A DNA stretch of 64,000 nt, taken from Diadema antillarum (lineage: Eukaryota). The position numbers were made by a program, and so were the translations under genes. Below the pieces are notes generated by a model that made no database searches, was not told the DNA's origin, and saw only the letters and a list, made by a program, of their open reading frames with translations. Numbering within the stretch: the first letter of the stretch is position 1; each line of letters begins with the position of its first letter. The DNA lies in the NCBI RefSeq assembly GCF_040938485.1, contig NW_027270897.1, forward strand, positions 1,116,001 through 1,180,000, in the 5' to 3' direction. Shown here piece by piece: positions 26,066-37,732 of the stretch.

Positions 26066-27919
26066 CAAATATAAATGACCAATTATCCATACGGCTACCT
26101 TGTGGATCACTGACCATCCTGCTGCTAGTTGACAGTCATTGCTTCTGCCATGCCAATACTCCTTATCAATGGGTTTATTTCTGCAGCATTTCGTTCAACT
26201 TCTTTTTTACTCTGCTAAATATTTGTGTATTACTGTCTGTTAACACCAGAGAGATGATACTAAAACCTCCCTGATCACACTTACGATCGAGACGGGCAGA
26301 TTTTGGCTTCGATGTAAAATGTCGAAGGAACTCGGGAACAGCCACAGTCTGCAAAGATACGTATTCTCACTATGCCGAAATAAGTCATTCGTGTGCCTCG
26401 ATCGTTGGTTGCTGCTCGCAGCTGCTGTCGAGAGATATCGGCTGTTTCCGCCAATTCTGGTGCAGACGGTACAAAAGATTTCTGCTAACTCTACTGGGCT
26501 ATCATGCACTTCCTCGGGAGAAGGACTGGTACCTCGAGCGAAGCTGTATATACATGAATGAACATTATACAGTATAGTAAAGCCAGAACAAACAAATGCT
26601 GCTTCATGTTCCGTGTCACGACGACGCCTATTGTGCATGCAATCACACTGCGTCTGAACTTCATGGTCGTTAAGAGAAAAGCCAATCTTTTATAGCCATG
26701 ACAGAATGAATGTAACCTATTCCCAATTATTAACCTTCATGAAATGGGTAGAATTCAAATGATTTCACATTGCATATAGGATTCATCGATACCCCAAGTC
26801 GACTCTAATATCTGCATTTCCAATGGTTTTAGTTAAAGACTTACTGACGTCATAAGATGAATAAGATGAATATGTGTCTGTACATTTTTTTATGTTTATG
26901 TTCATCATTGATAGGTTAATGGTCATTGGCTCACTCGTGTTGACTATGGCAGCTAGTACATACATTTGCCAGGCTGGTAACTAAAGGGGGAAAAGACTCG
27001 ATAGGGGGTTCGAATCCCCTCCCCTCATCCCAACCCCTAGACCAATGTATTACACTAGTCTTGAAATTTGCAACAAGATCTTTTCTGCATAAACTAAAGT
27101 CGCGGTCTTCGAAGAAAAACTACGGTTTTACCATTGACTCAAATATAGTATCTGTTTTGCTTTCTTAATCTACGACAATATGTTTTACCTGTCCATATGA
27201 AATAAAATATAAAAAAAAAAGTTATCCAGTTTCTGAATGTGATGTATTTTGTAAACCAACCACACACTGTAACCATGTATAGGCCTGTATGGCTTATCTC
27301 TTTATTAACTATTCTTTAAGGTCTTTATTATTGCTGTTGTTGCTGTTGTTGATTAATTCATTGGTACAGAAAGAGCTGAGAGCTCTGTTTAATCTGCTTT
27401 ATCTAAAGATTTAAAACATAACCTGTCCGGTAGTTTCCGTAGTTTGGTTTTGTTTGTTAGTCATTTGTTTGTTTGGAAACGCAAGGGGATTGAATACAAG
27501 ATCCACCAAAATCAGAATTAGGCGGTGACCAGGTCTTTCAATCTTTGATGAAAAAAAAATGCCATAGGAGCAGGTCCTCAGATAACCTTCTCAAACTAAT
27601 CTGGGGGTGTTTCATCAACGTTTGTCAGCGTTGACGAGCTTCATCGCTGACGATTTGGTTAGCGATGACGTTACGTCAGCGATAACCAAACTGACGTGAA
27701 AAACCGTTTCACGAAGCCTCTGACAAATCGTCAGTGTATATTTATTTTTCAATCGAGTTGGACGAGGCTTCTGACGAATTAGGCCACGCCCACCATATCG
27801 AGGCGCCAGAAAAATGATTGAAAAAAAATATCTTTCACACTCTCGCGTATCTCGTCCCGTCACCGGTGATTACTTCCATCCTTACTCAAGTATCTGCAGA
27901 CGACCATAACATTTAAAGA

Positions 27920-30900
27920 ATGAGTGAGCTGGATGAGTTATCTGTAAGTATATCTTCTAAAACTGAATTATCATTGGCTTGCCTGGAGATGTAGTAGTTT
28001 GAAATGAAATCCATTGATAGATCCTAGAAGACTAGATTCGTAGATGGCGTCGTTAGATTTCTATCTTAAGACTTTAGTCCCACTCATTCATAAAGACGTT
28101 TTGTAGTATGGAAGTGTATCATACCTCCTCCTCTGGCCTCTAGCAGCGAGCAGGCATCTAAAAATCTGGTACAGTGGTAGGTAAGGACATAATAGGCTCC
28201 ATTTACACCATTACTGCGTGTCCGTACTAACTACGGCGGGCGTATTGCGTATTTATCATAATCGTAAATTCAGCCAAACCGTGTGGTGTTCATCGGTAAA
28301 TTTAGGTAAGCTGCGTGCTAAGGAAGCACCTTCCACAGCACACTAATTACTCGTCTGCTCGTTAGTGATGCTGTGCCGTGAATGCGGCCCCACACACCAA
28401 ACGGCGTTTACGCGAGATTGATAATTGATACAGCGGTTAGGCCTATTTCCAAAGCATAGCATCTGTCGATCGTCCTCCCTTCCTCCCTTTTTTGCTTTTT
28501 GGTCTTCAACTTTTTGATATTCTCGGAAGGACTCCCTAGCCTCTAGCATCAGTTACTAGGCTTATAATTGCTAACATTTGTTGTCCCGGACGTGGATGTC
28601 CCTCGACTAATTTAAGTGCCAATTCAAACATATAAGATTAGAAATACAACCCTGGCTATATTAATAGCTAGTAGGCCTACCTACATACTAGTACATTGCT
28701 ACATTTAACATTAATATTAGTACCCTAAACCCTAACTACACACAGCCCAGTCGCTGTACATAGCTTTCGCACAGCGTACTGCGTACAGTAGTACTAGCTA
28801 GGTAGGTAAACCCTAACCCTATTAAACCCTCGCAATACGACATAGTATACGTAACGTTAGGACCTACCCTTGCCTGCTTGTTAACGCATGGGTGCAGGCG
28901 CACTGCGGTGGAGCCCATTTTACGATTTTGCGTAGGTAAGGTGTAAATTGTAATTATTGATAAACAAACCACGTATTGACAAAATCTGTGTCTTAAAAGA
29001 CCCTTGGGCCTTGCACAAAGCCGTCTCTTTTTCCCCGATGCAAATTGTATTGTACATGTAATTTGTATTAAGAACCAAACATGCATTTTCAATGCAAAGC
29101 GGGGGAGCAACCATGGCTTCCATGCCATGCAGCACTTCACACACAAATGAATGGCAAATCATAACTGCATTGACTTTCTCTGTTGTTGAAATGAAATCAT
29201 TACTGTTTCATTGAAATGTTGTATTTGTGAATGATAAAGTATTCGCATTTTCTACTAAGGGTAGTTATTTTGTTTATTTTTTGTTGACTTTCATTCGTTT
29301 TCCATTGCCTATGCGCAGTGTCCTGCACGTTATGTACTCGTACGGTAATCGGATGTCTGCCTACATAGACGTACTACTCAGTAGATACTAGTACTACTAA
29401 AGTTTAAAGTCGTGCCTAATTTCAAAAGCTGGTTAATACAGGGTGTCCAACCCAAAACGAAAATGAATGCTTTGTCAAAACCAAATGCATGAAATTATAG
29501 AGAATTTTCATACGAGTCGAACGACACAAGAAATAAAATTGTCTAATTTGGTTGATTACTTTTCTTTTTAATCTAGACTATCTAGTTACTAGCATGCAGC
29601 ACTCCTACACTTTTTTCTGTACCGGTAATGGAGGAATTTTTCTTGACAACATCCCAAATTTGGCTCAAAATGTTTCTGTTTTGAAATGTGCTTCTGCCAA
29701 TTGCAAATTACAGTTAAATGAGTCTAAAATTTACAGAATACCTGGTTAAATGGGTAGTTAGAATCAAAACTTATTATGAAATGCATGTGCTTGTTGAGAA
29801 AAACAAAACTGTTTGCACCTGTATGCAGTTCAACACTGACAACACAGTGTCTTACACACATGCACTATTCAAGATGTCCCTCAATTTTCCAACAGTTAGT
29901 GTATGTGGTCCTTTCTAAGACCACATATGTAGTAGGTGTGATGAGCATGGCTAGATTTTAGAGAGATGTTTTTGTTGATCATGACATTAATTTTTTTATT
30001 AAAATTGATTTATCTTATCAAAGGCTAAGGCCTTCCAAAAGTACATGTATGCAAAGAGACTACCCAACAATTTCAGGTCAACTTTCAACAAAATTCCTAT
30101 AAGCATCGTGCATTGCAATGTGTGGAATTGATCTTTGTTAGTCTTCAAAGGCAGTGGCTTTTGTTCGATGCTGCCATTTGGAAAATTTGAATAACAAATT
30201 AATGGTCGAACCGTCTTTTCAAAAATATTTGTAGAGTGTAGTATTCAAACCTGCTACGTATGTTTTCATTTACAGTAAGCTATACTGATCACAGACATAC
30301 AACACATGTTAAATTGTATGACCCAGATTGCATCTTGACAGCTGAAACAGTCACCTAAATTTCTCCCTATGATAAACTATTTTTTTTAGTCAAAATTAGT
30401 ATTTGAATGATAAAAGTACTAAATTTCTGTTTGGTAAATGTCTTGTGACATTGTACCCAAAAATGTGAAATTAAAGAATCAAAATATGTTTACATTATTT
30501 ACGAATTTAACAAATTTGTTCCCCTGGTAATACACTATCTACATGTAGAATTTCTCAGCATTGATACAGCATTGTAGGTATGGACGCTCATTAACACCTC
30601 AATGAAATTAACTGCTTTTTTTTAAGATCTAGTACAAAATTCATAAAAAACTAGAAAAGCACTCTGAGAGCGCAGACTTCCGCCAAGCATCAGGCCATTT
30701 CCACCTGCACTGATCTTGTTTGCGATCATCAGTGATTTCCACCCATACGTACTGCATTGTGTGCTGAAAGCCGCCTGATTTCCCAATATACATGTAGAAG
30801 CCTTTGTTACGTCATAACCCCTCAGCTGCACAGTGCGCCTCGCCCTAGCAGAAAATAGAGGACGCACTTTAGTGCGCGCGGACAAACAAACCAACGGTAA

Positions 30901-33900
30901 CGAAAACATAACCTCCCACCTTGGCGGAGGTAATAAATCTGCTGAATCTTATTTAGTGTCAGCTACATCTAGGTGAAATCATGCTAAGTTATATCAATAT
31001 ATAGTTTACTAGATAAAAAATGTATTGAAAACCAGCACTATTAGTATTGTCTTTGACAGCTGTCTCTTGATAACTGAGTTGTTTATTACTGTGCCTGTAA
31101 AATTGTAGTTCAATTTTTACACTAAAAGATGTTAATTCAGCCTTTTGCTTTATTCAGATGATGTAGAAACAAGTTTATCGTATTTATTTCATTTTGTTTT
31201 GACGCAGGAAACTGATAAAGTACATGGACGGTATCAGCCTGGAGAAATACAACTCCTGTGCAAATATGTCAGGGAAAACTACCAACAGTTACACCCAAAG
31301 ACTGACAAGCCGAATGTAAGTAATTTACGTAAACATACATCTTGAAGTCAATCAAAAGCGTACTGTAGTCTACAAGTTATCAAAGAAATTGTAGAAATGA
31401 GAGACCAAAAGAAATTATGATTTTAAATGGATGTAAGCAGTAGGGACGCTGGCTCGCAATGTGATTCTCTGCAAAATAATAACTTAGCCTAAAAAACGTA
31501 GACGAATTGTATCCTCGTAAAATGATATTGTCCATGTTTACGATAACTTTTAAAAATAAACAAACCCTTCATAACAGCATTCTCGATGCATTTTTGGGCT
31601 CGAGAGTCATAAGGGAGAGGGGGAATGGGGACACCCATATAAAGAAGCGCTCCAGCGTCACCTCCGTTGTGATTAGCTGCACATCACACCACAGTGCTGA
31701 GTGATACTCTATCCAGAGTTTTTCAGCATATTCATCCAGATTCAGATCCAGATGTACATAACACACAGATTGGATAAGAAAAAGGTATTTTTATTTGACT
31801 GCGCGCAGAGCACACCCTAAAATTGACATATTACGATTCTTTTAGCAATGTTTTTTTGTTGTGTTAAATTTGATGTATTTAAAATTATTTGATAGTTTTC
31901 TTTGAATATTTTGGTATTATAAATTTGTTTATATATATATTTTGGATGTCCAAAAATATTTAGATTAAAAAATTGAAGGGTGGGGAGGGGGGGGGGGGGG
32001 AAAGATACCTCCCCCAAACAAAAGTTTGATGGGGGGGACATGTCATTGAGTATTTTTCTTTCTAGCGATGATTTTGTTGAACATTATTTTCTTGATTTAT
32101 TTCATCACAGCTCTGAAACGGAGACCACCCAACAATTGAAGGCGTACAGTGTAAATACTCAATCGTGAGTGCTACACGCCATTAAAACCAAAACAGCACC
32201 AACAACTAGTCAACTTTCAACAAAAACCCTTATCAAGCATCGTTCCTTGTGATGCATGGCATTAATCCTTGTTAGTCTCCCAAGGCAGTGGCTTTTGCTC
32301 CGATGCTGGCAGTCAGGAAATTGAAATAAGAAATTAACGCTCAGACTGTTTTTACAAAAATATCTGTGGATTGAAAACCACTCAACCAAATTTGACAATC
32401 TTGGTGTCACTCTTCTCCTTGATAATTCCCCTATAACTTAATGTCATTCATTTTGGAATCAGAGTAATGCAAATATGCCCAAATTATCGAAAAACTTGGG
32501 CTCTGGGCCATGCTGTATACACACACATATATTGTCGGAGGGGGGGGGGGGGGGGGGGAGGCCTCGTATCTGCAATTTTGGTGAAAATGACTTTTTTAAA
32601 AATAATGTCAAATAATGGGATAAGTGATGTCAAGTCCAAATCCCAGGTGTCCAACTTAAAAAATGAAGCCACCACAGTATGGTACAGTAAAGGCTTTCCC
32701 ATTCGCTATAGTGCTTTGGCCGCCATATTTTTTTGGCTCTCCTGAACATTTGACATTTTGCAGAATACAAGGTCTTCTCGCCCCAGCGGCGATATGTGTG
32801 TGTGTATATGTGTGAATGTAATATTGTTTATTATATTATGAATACTTACAATAATTGTTACTGTTCTAATTCAGACTAAAGCCAGACTGGCACATGCCTG
32901 GAGACAAGCAGCTATCTCCCTAATGAGCCAGGGGTTTCCCCTTTCGAAAAATAAAAAAAAGGAAGATGGCCCACACCTGCGTGATCTATGGCATCAAATG
33001 GTTTCTAGGGCCAAAAAGTACAGGGACCAGAGGAGACAGACAGGTGAGAATGATATACATTGTAAGTTGTACTTCTAAAATTGTATGGAATAGTGGATAG
33101 GCTTAAGAGAGATCCCACTCCACAAAGAAGGGTGCTAATATGTGACTTTTATCAATTTATCACAAGAATCAAGAATTGTTACATTGTTGATTTTTATAGA
33201 TAACTGTTATTGGAATTTAGAAAAATTGTGAAAAGATATAAAGCAGCTCATCTCTTCTGTTGATGTGAACAAAACCCTCAATGACAATTTTAATACCTGG
33301 AGTAAAACAGTAAGATATTTGAAATTTCAAATAGAAAATTGATTTAATTCAAAGTATATTCATAATACCTTAATAATAGTATGTGTTTCATGTAATTATA
33401 TCGCTACATCGAGATATATGTATTTTTAAAGTAAATCTTGATTAAAGAACTGTTGTAGGAATTCACAAGTGGAGGCTGATGTACAAATATAACTTATGAA
33501 AAATGATTAAAATAAAATGGATAGACAACCATGAAATACTGATTGAAAATACAGTATCTCAATCGTATTGGTTTCTGTAGGCGGAGGACCTCGACCAAAG
33601 TTTCATGAAAGACATGAAATGGTACTTGAAACTATTCCCAGCCAATGCCAGACAGGTTTCATTGGTATTGAAGCCGAGGCTGGTGACATTATTGCCTTGG
33701 TGAGCATATATATATTTTTTAATGTATGAATTTCCCGTTATTTGCAGATAAATACGATGAAGTTGTATAATGAAATAATTCTTTTAAAAAAATCACCTTT
33801 CTTAATTCCTCTTCAAGATAGATTATAGGTATTTAATTTTGTTGATTTTTTCCCGCTTTGATTCTTCTCTAAGAATTTATGATATTACTGTACTCAAATT

Positions 33901-35184
33901 TTTGAAACATTGAACTTTTTTTCATTTGAGGGTGGGATTTGGTTGTTTATAAATAGTTTCATTTATGTGCTATTCAATATAACAAGGGATAATTTCACTT
34001 TCTTAAATTGATTAAAAAATGAATAACAAGAAATTTCCCTCGAAATGATGAACTTATGATTACACGTAGAAAATTACATTCGAAAGTTCCCATTTCTACT
34101 TTTACATATTTATTGAACATTTTTAAGTAAATTTTTAAATGAGGAAGTTGAAGTTGTTCTTCAAATTTCTATTATTTTTCTTGTAAAAAAATTGTTGCTT
34201 TTAAAAATGTTGCATTAATCAATAAATGAAATAAAATGAAATGGAAGTACAACTGGCGAAGCACCGCATGGCTGCTACTTCATGGACTTGCTAGTGACTT
34301 GGTTCTGAGTCATGAGTCATATTTTCAGAGCCTGAGTCAGAGTCAAATTTAAAAAAAAAAATGGATTCCAGTCAGAGTCACAAAAAACTGGACTCGAGTT
34401 GAAGTCCTTACTCAAGTCACACAGCACTGTTCATTATTTCTCCTCTGATTTAGATCCTCTGTAAATTGTTCTGCAAAGGAATTCCTTCCTATTATATTTT
34501 GGTTAATTACATTCATGACCTTAGTTCCTCTGTAAAAGAAGATTAATTTCTGTGTATGAATGAGATCAATTAAATATGTAACAATTTACTAAATATGAAT
34601 TGCAATTACAGTTGGGTGGAATCGATGGAACACAGGAGCTGCCTACACAACAAGACCGACATTACAGGCATGAACAACAGGAACAGCAACATGGATATCA
34701 ACCACAGCATCAACCACAGCAGCAACACCTGCCACAACAGCCTCAACCACAGCCTCAACCACAGCAGGACCAACAACCACAGCAGCCTCAACCACAGCAT
34801 CAACCACAGCAGGACCACCAACAACAGCAGCCTCAACCAGAGCATCAACCACAGCAGGACCACCAACTACAGCAGCAGCATCAACCACAGCATCAAGCAC
34901 AGCAGCACTACCAACCACAGCAGCTTCACCAACCACAGCAGCAGCATCACCAGCCACAGCAGCAGCATCATAGGCATGTCAGTCCTAACAAGGGAAGAAA
35001 AAGGCAAGGAGAATCACAGGCGCAATTGGATCTTATCGAGATTGAGAGAGAAAAGCTGGAAATTAAGAGGCAGAAGCTTGAGGTGGAAAGAGAACAGTTG
35101 GAGGTGGAAAGAGAACAGTTGAAGGTCATGAAGGAGATGCTTGCAGAAATGCAAAACGGATTAATCTTCAAAAGTGAATTGTAG
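27920..35184 (+). CDS. Harbinger-associated Myb/SANT-like DNA-binding protein (NAIF1/MSANTD-type), 5 exons, 330 aa
   Basis: Exons 27920-27943, 31208-31315, 32875-33043, 33581-33699 and 34612-35184; all GT-AG with matching phases, 993 nt, no internal stop. Protein: MSELDELS-ETDKVHGRYQPGEIQLLCKYVRENYQQLHPKTDKPN-TKARLAHAWRQAAISL..HLRDLWHQMVSRAKKYRDQRRQT-GGGPRPKFHERHEMVLETIP.., then a Q/P/H-rich tract and a C-terminal coiled coil. Exon 1 is the least certain. Confidence 0.85.
30650..30933. mobile_element. Short Helentron/DINE-1-like non-autonomous element in Myb intron 1
   Basis: ACTAG terminus; subterminal inverted repeat TCCGCCAAG / CTTGGCGGA; partial inverted repeat AACCTCCCACCTTGGCGGAGGT. 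Confidence 0.65.
34670..34972 (+). repeat. Coding minisatellite (CAACCACAG/CAGCAG units) encoding QPQHQPQQ repeats
   Basis: Direct read within the last Myb exon. Confidence 0.9.
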
Positions 35185-36486
35185 TTTTCTTTCATAAATA
35201 CTTTGATACTTGAATTGGTTCTTCCAAAAATGGCTATATTCCTACAATAGCAGTGCATTATTTGAAATAATACCATCCAAACAGTTTCACTTTATATGAA
35301 AATTGCTGTAAAAGGAACTTTTGAATTCAACTATTTAGAGATGATTTTATTATTTATCACATTTACATCAGTGATGTTATCAAGAAATTTCAAGAAACTG
35401 TATGTTTCACATGTGAGGGACTGTTTCTATAAGAATAATACAAATGTAAAACAAAGAGGAACAAAGAAGTAGACAGTTGTCATGATCTGATTGTACATTA
35501 ACAATGAGGACTTTCACAATCGAGGATCACAGTCATATATGTTCACTTCCATTAATGTGTAACACTAACACCTATTAACAAAAGTGGTTTCATGAAGAAG
35601 ATAATGCTTAATATGTACAGACTACCCGTTAAAATATGGCTATTCTACATTCATGTTATATTCTGTCTTCTTCAAATCGTTTGGAGCACCCTGTTTTCTG
35701 TTTGTATATGATACAGAGAAAGCAAAAAAAAAAAAAAAAGTTCTAAGAATTGTAAATATATTAACTGACTCATTTTGACCAGTCTTCTTTAAATGTTCTG
35801 GAACAGTTTTGTCACTGTCAGTCATATTACAGAAGTAACCCCTTGTTAAATTCAATGAAACATTGAAGTTACCAAAGCCCTGCTATAATGTGTATAGATG
35901 CTTTTCTGTTCTTATTTGTAATTATTATGGAAATTTTTACAATCCCAATTTAATAGGATTTCTAAATGAAGCAAGTATGACTCATGTATAAATAGACAAG
36001 TCGTGCGCATGCATTCTGAACATGCTGAAGCTTCGTTCTGTGAGTCTGGAAAGCCAAACAGTAACTCAGTACAATAATCAAGCCTACTGCTAATGAATGC
36101 ATGAAAAAAGGGTTTCTGCACTTTCACGGCTCAAGTATCTACAAATTGATGCAGGTGATAACTAATGTATACAAAAATTAGACTTACATGTATTTAATAC
36201 ATGTATATGATTCTCCATGTTTATACTTCAGAGAATCCAAATCTATACAACCAATTTTTCTGAGGGATACTTTCTTAGATTTCTCATGTGGCTTGACTGA
36301 CTTGAGTTCACACAGAACAGAGAAATGATCATAAAGTAAAGGATCTGGACACGGTCAGCCCAAAATGATATTGTGTAACTTGCGAGTTCCAACCAAATCT
36401 ACACTGCCTCCATGTAAAGGAGTAGTGAAATGCACATGCTTAATACACCAGACAAGGCAAGTGCTGTAATGTAAACATAAACGTAC

Positions 36487-36880
36487 ACTAGAAATTGTGC
36501 CATCAAACTTGATATTGGGCCTTAAACATTTATTGACCCCTGCCTGTGACCTTTGACCTTGTGTAGACCATAACCTCCCAAAGGGACACTGTCCATCCAA
36601 GTGTGGTCACAAACGGACCTATAGATCAAAAGTTATGAGCAATAATAGAAATGTGCCACAGAAACTTAACATTGACCCCTGATTTTGACCTTTGACCTTA
36701 AGGTGACCTCCCCTAAATTTCGTAAAATGTGAAACATTGCAAAACCACTCTTCCCTCCAAGTTTGATTCAAATTGTAGCGCAGAGTACAGAGTTCAAATT
36801 TTTGTAGTGTTACGGACGGACGACTAACGAACGGATGACAGAGTTGATCCCTTTATAGTCTCCCATCATCTCCAGTGGGT
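36487..36880. mobile_element. Degenerate Helentron/DINE-1-like element between the convergent Harbinger genes
   Basis: ACTAGAAAT terminus, TGACCTTTGACC motifs and an (ACGG)n-like block. Confidence 0.55.
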
Positions 36881-37107
36881 TCAAAACAAAAGACTCCAAG
36901 AGATCTGAAAATGGCCTAGATTCAATATTGTCAATGTGAACATGAATATTGAAATCAGTGTTAAATATAGCAGGTATGTTGCATTATGAAGTCTTGTATG
37001 AACTCATGACATTATTTTCATCCATTTCAAACTGTTGCTTCCAAAGAACTAAAGATGTGTTAAGCAGATAACTTCTAAATGGCATTAATAATCATAATGT
37101 GAAGTAT

Positions 37108-37690
37108 ATACTGGGTGGCCCAGAATTAATGTTACATAAATACACCTTAATAACAAAGGAATGAATGACTGAATGAAATTATTGTTTGAAGCATTTGATT
37201 AAAGAGCACTTCGAGTTTTGTTTGTAACCAAAAACATCCATTTTCACAAAGGCATATTGATTTCATGACCACTTAACTAAAAATTAGGGATTAAAGACGT
37301 TACTCATTTGGTTTGACAAATCATTCTTGACTGAGAAATAGCAGTTCATTCAAATTAGAGTTGCCTGTAATAACCTTAATAAAATGAAGACAGAGACTTA
37401 CACCACTTAATGCACTTTTTTCGTCACATACTTAATGGGTTTACAAACAGTGATAGGCAGTCTTTGTGTTCGTTTTCTGTAAGCCAGCATGATCATTTAT
37501 GTTGAGATTTAAAGTAATGAATTGCTATTGCTCAATCAAGAATGAATTCGCAGGCTAAATAAGTAAATTTGTTAAATCCCTAGTTGTTAGTAATCTTGTC
37601 ATGTAATCAAAATGCCTTTGTGAAAATGGATGTTTTTGATGGCAAATGAAACTTGAATTGTTCTTCTATCAAATGCTAAAAATTCAATAA
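37108..37690. mobile_element. Tc1/mariner-like MITE remnant
   Basis: TATACTGGGTGGCCC terminus; inverted pair CAAAAACATCCATTTTCACAAAGGCAT (about 37229) / ATGCCTTTGTGAAAATGGATGTTTTTG (about 37612). Confidence 0.5.
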
Positions 37691-37732
37691 CATGTATTTT
37701 ATTCAGTCCTTCATTTCACAGCAGCGTGTAAT

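Noticed and set aside
26990-27030. tRNA-like GGTTCGAATCCC
   Set aside because: Isolated B-box with no A-box or cloverleaf; at most a SINE remnant.
32941-32965. Apparent frameshift in the A-run of Myb exon 3
   Set aside because: A recount gives CCC CTT TCG AAA AAT AAA AAA AAG GAA GAT; the 169-nt exon stays in frame.
34595-35276. Alternative-frame and antisense ORFs (N/H/S-rich, L-rich, A/V-rich)
   Set aside because: They are shadows of the CAG/CAA minisatellite; only the Q-rich frame joins the exon chain and the coiled coil.
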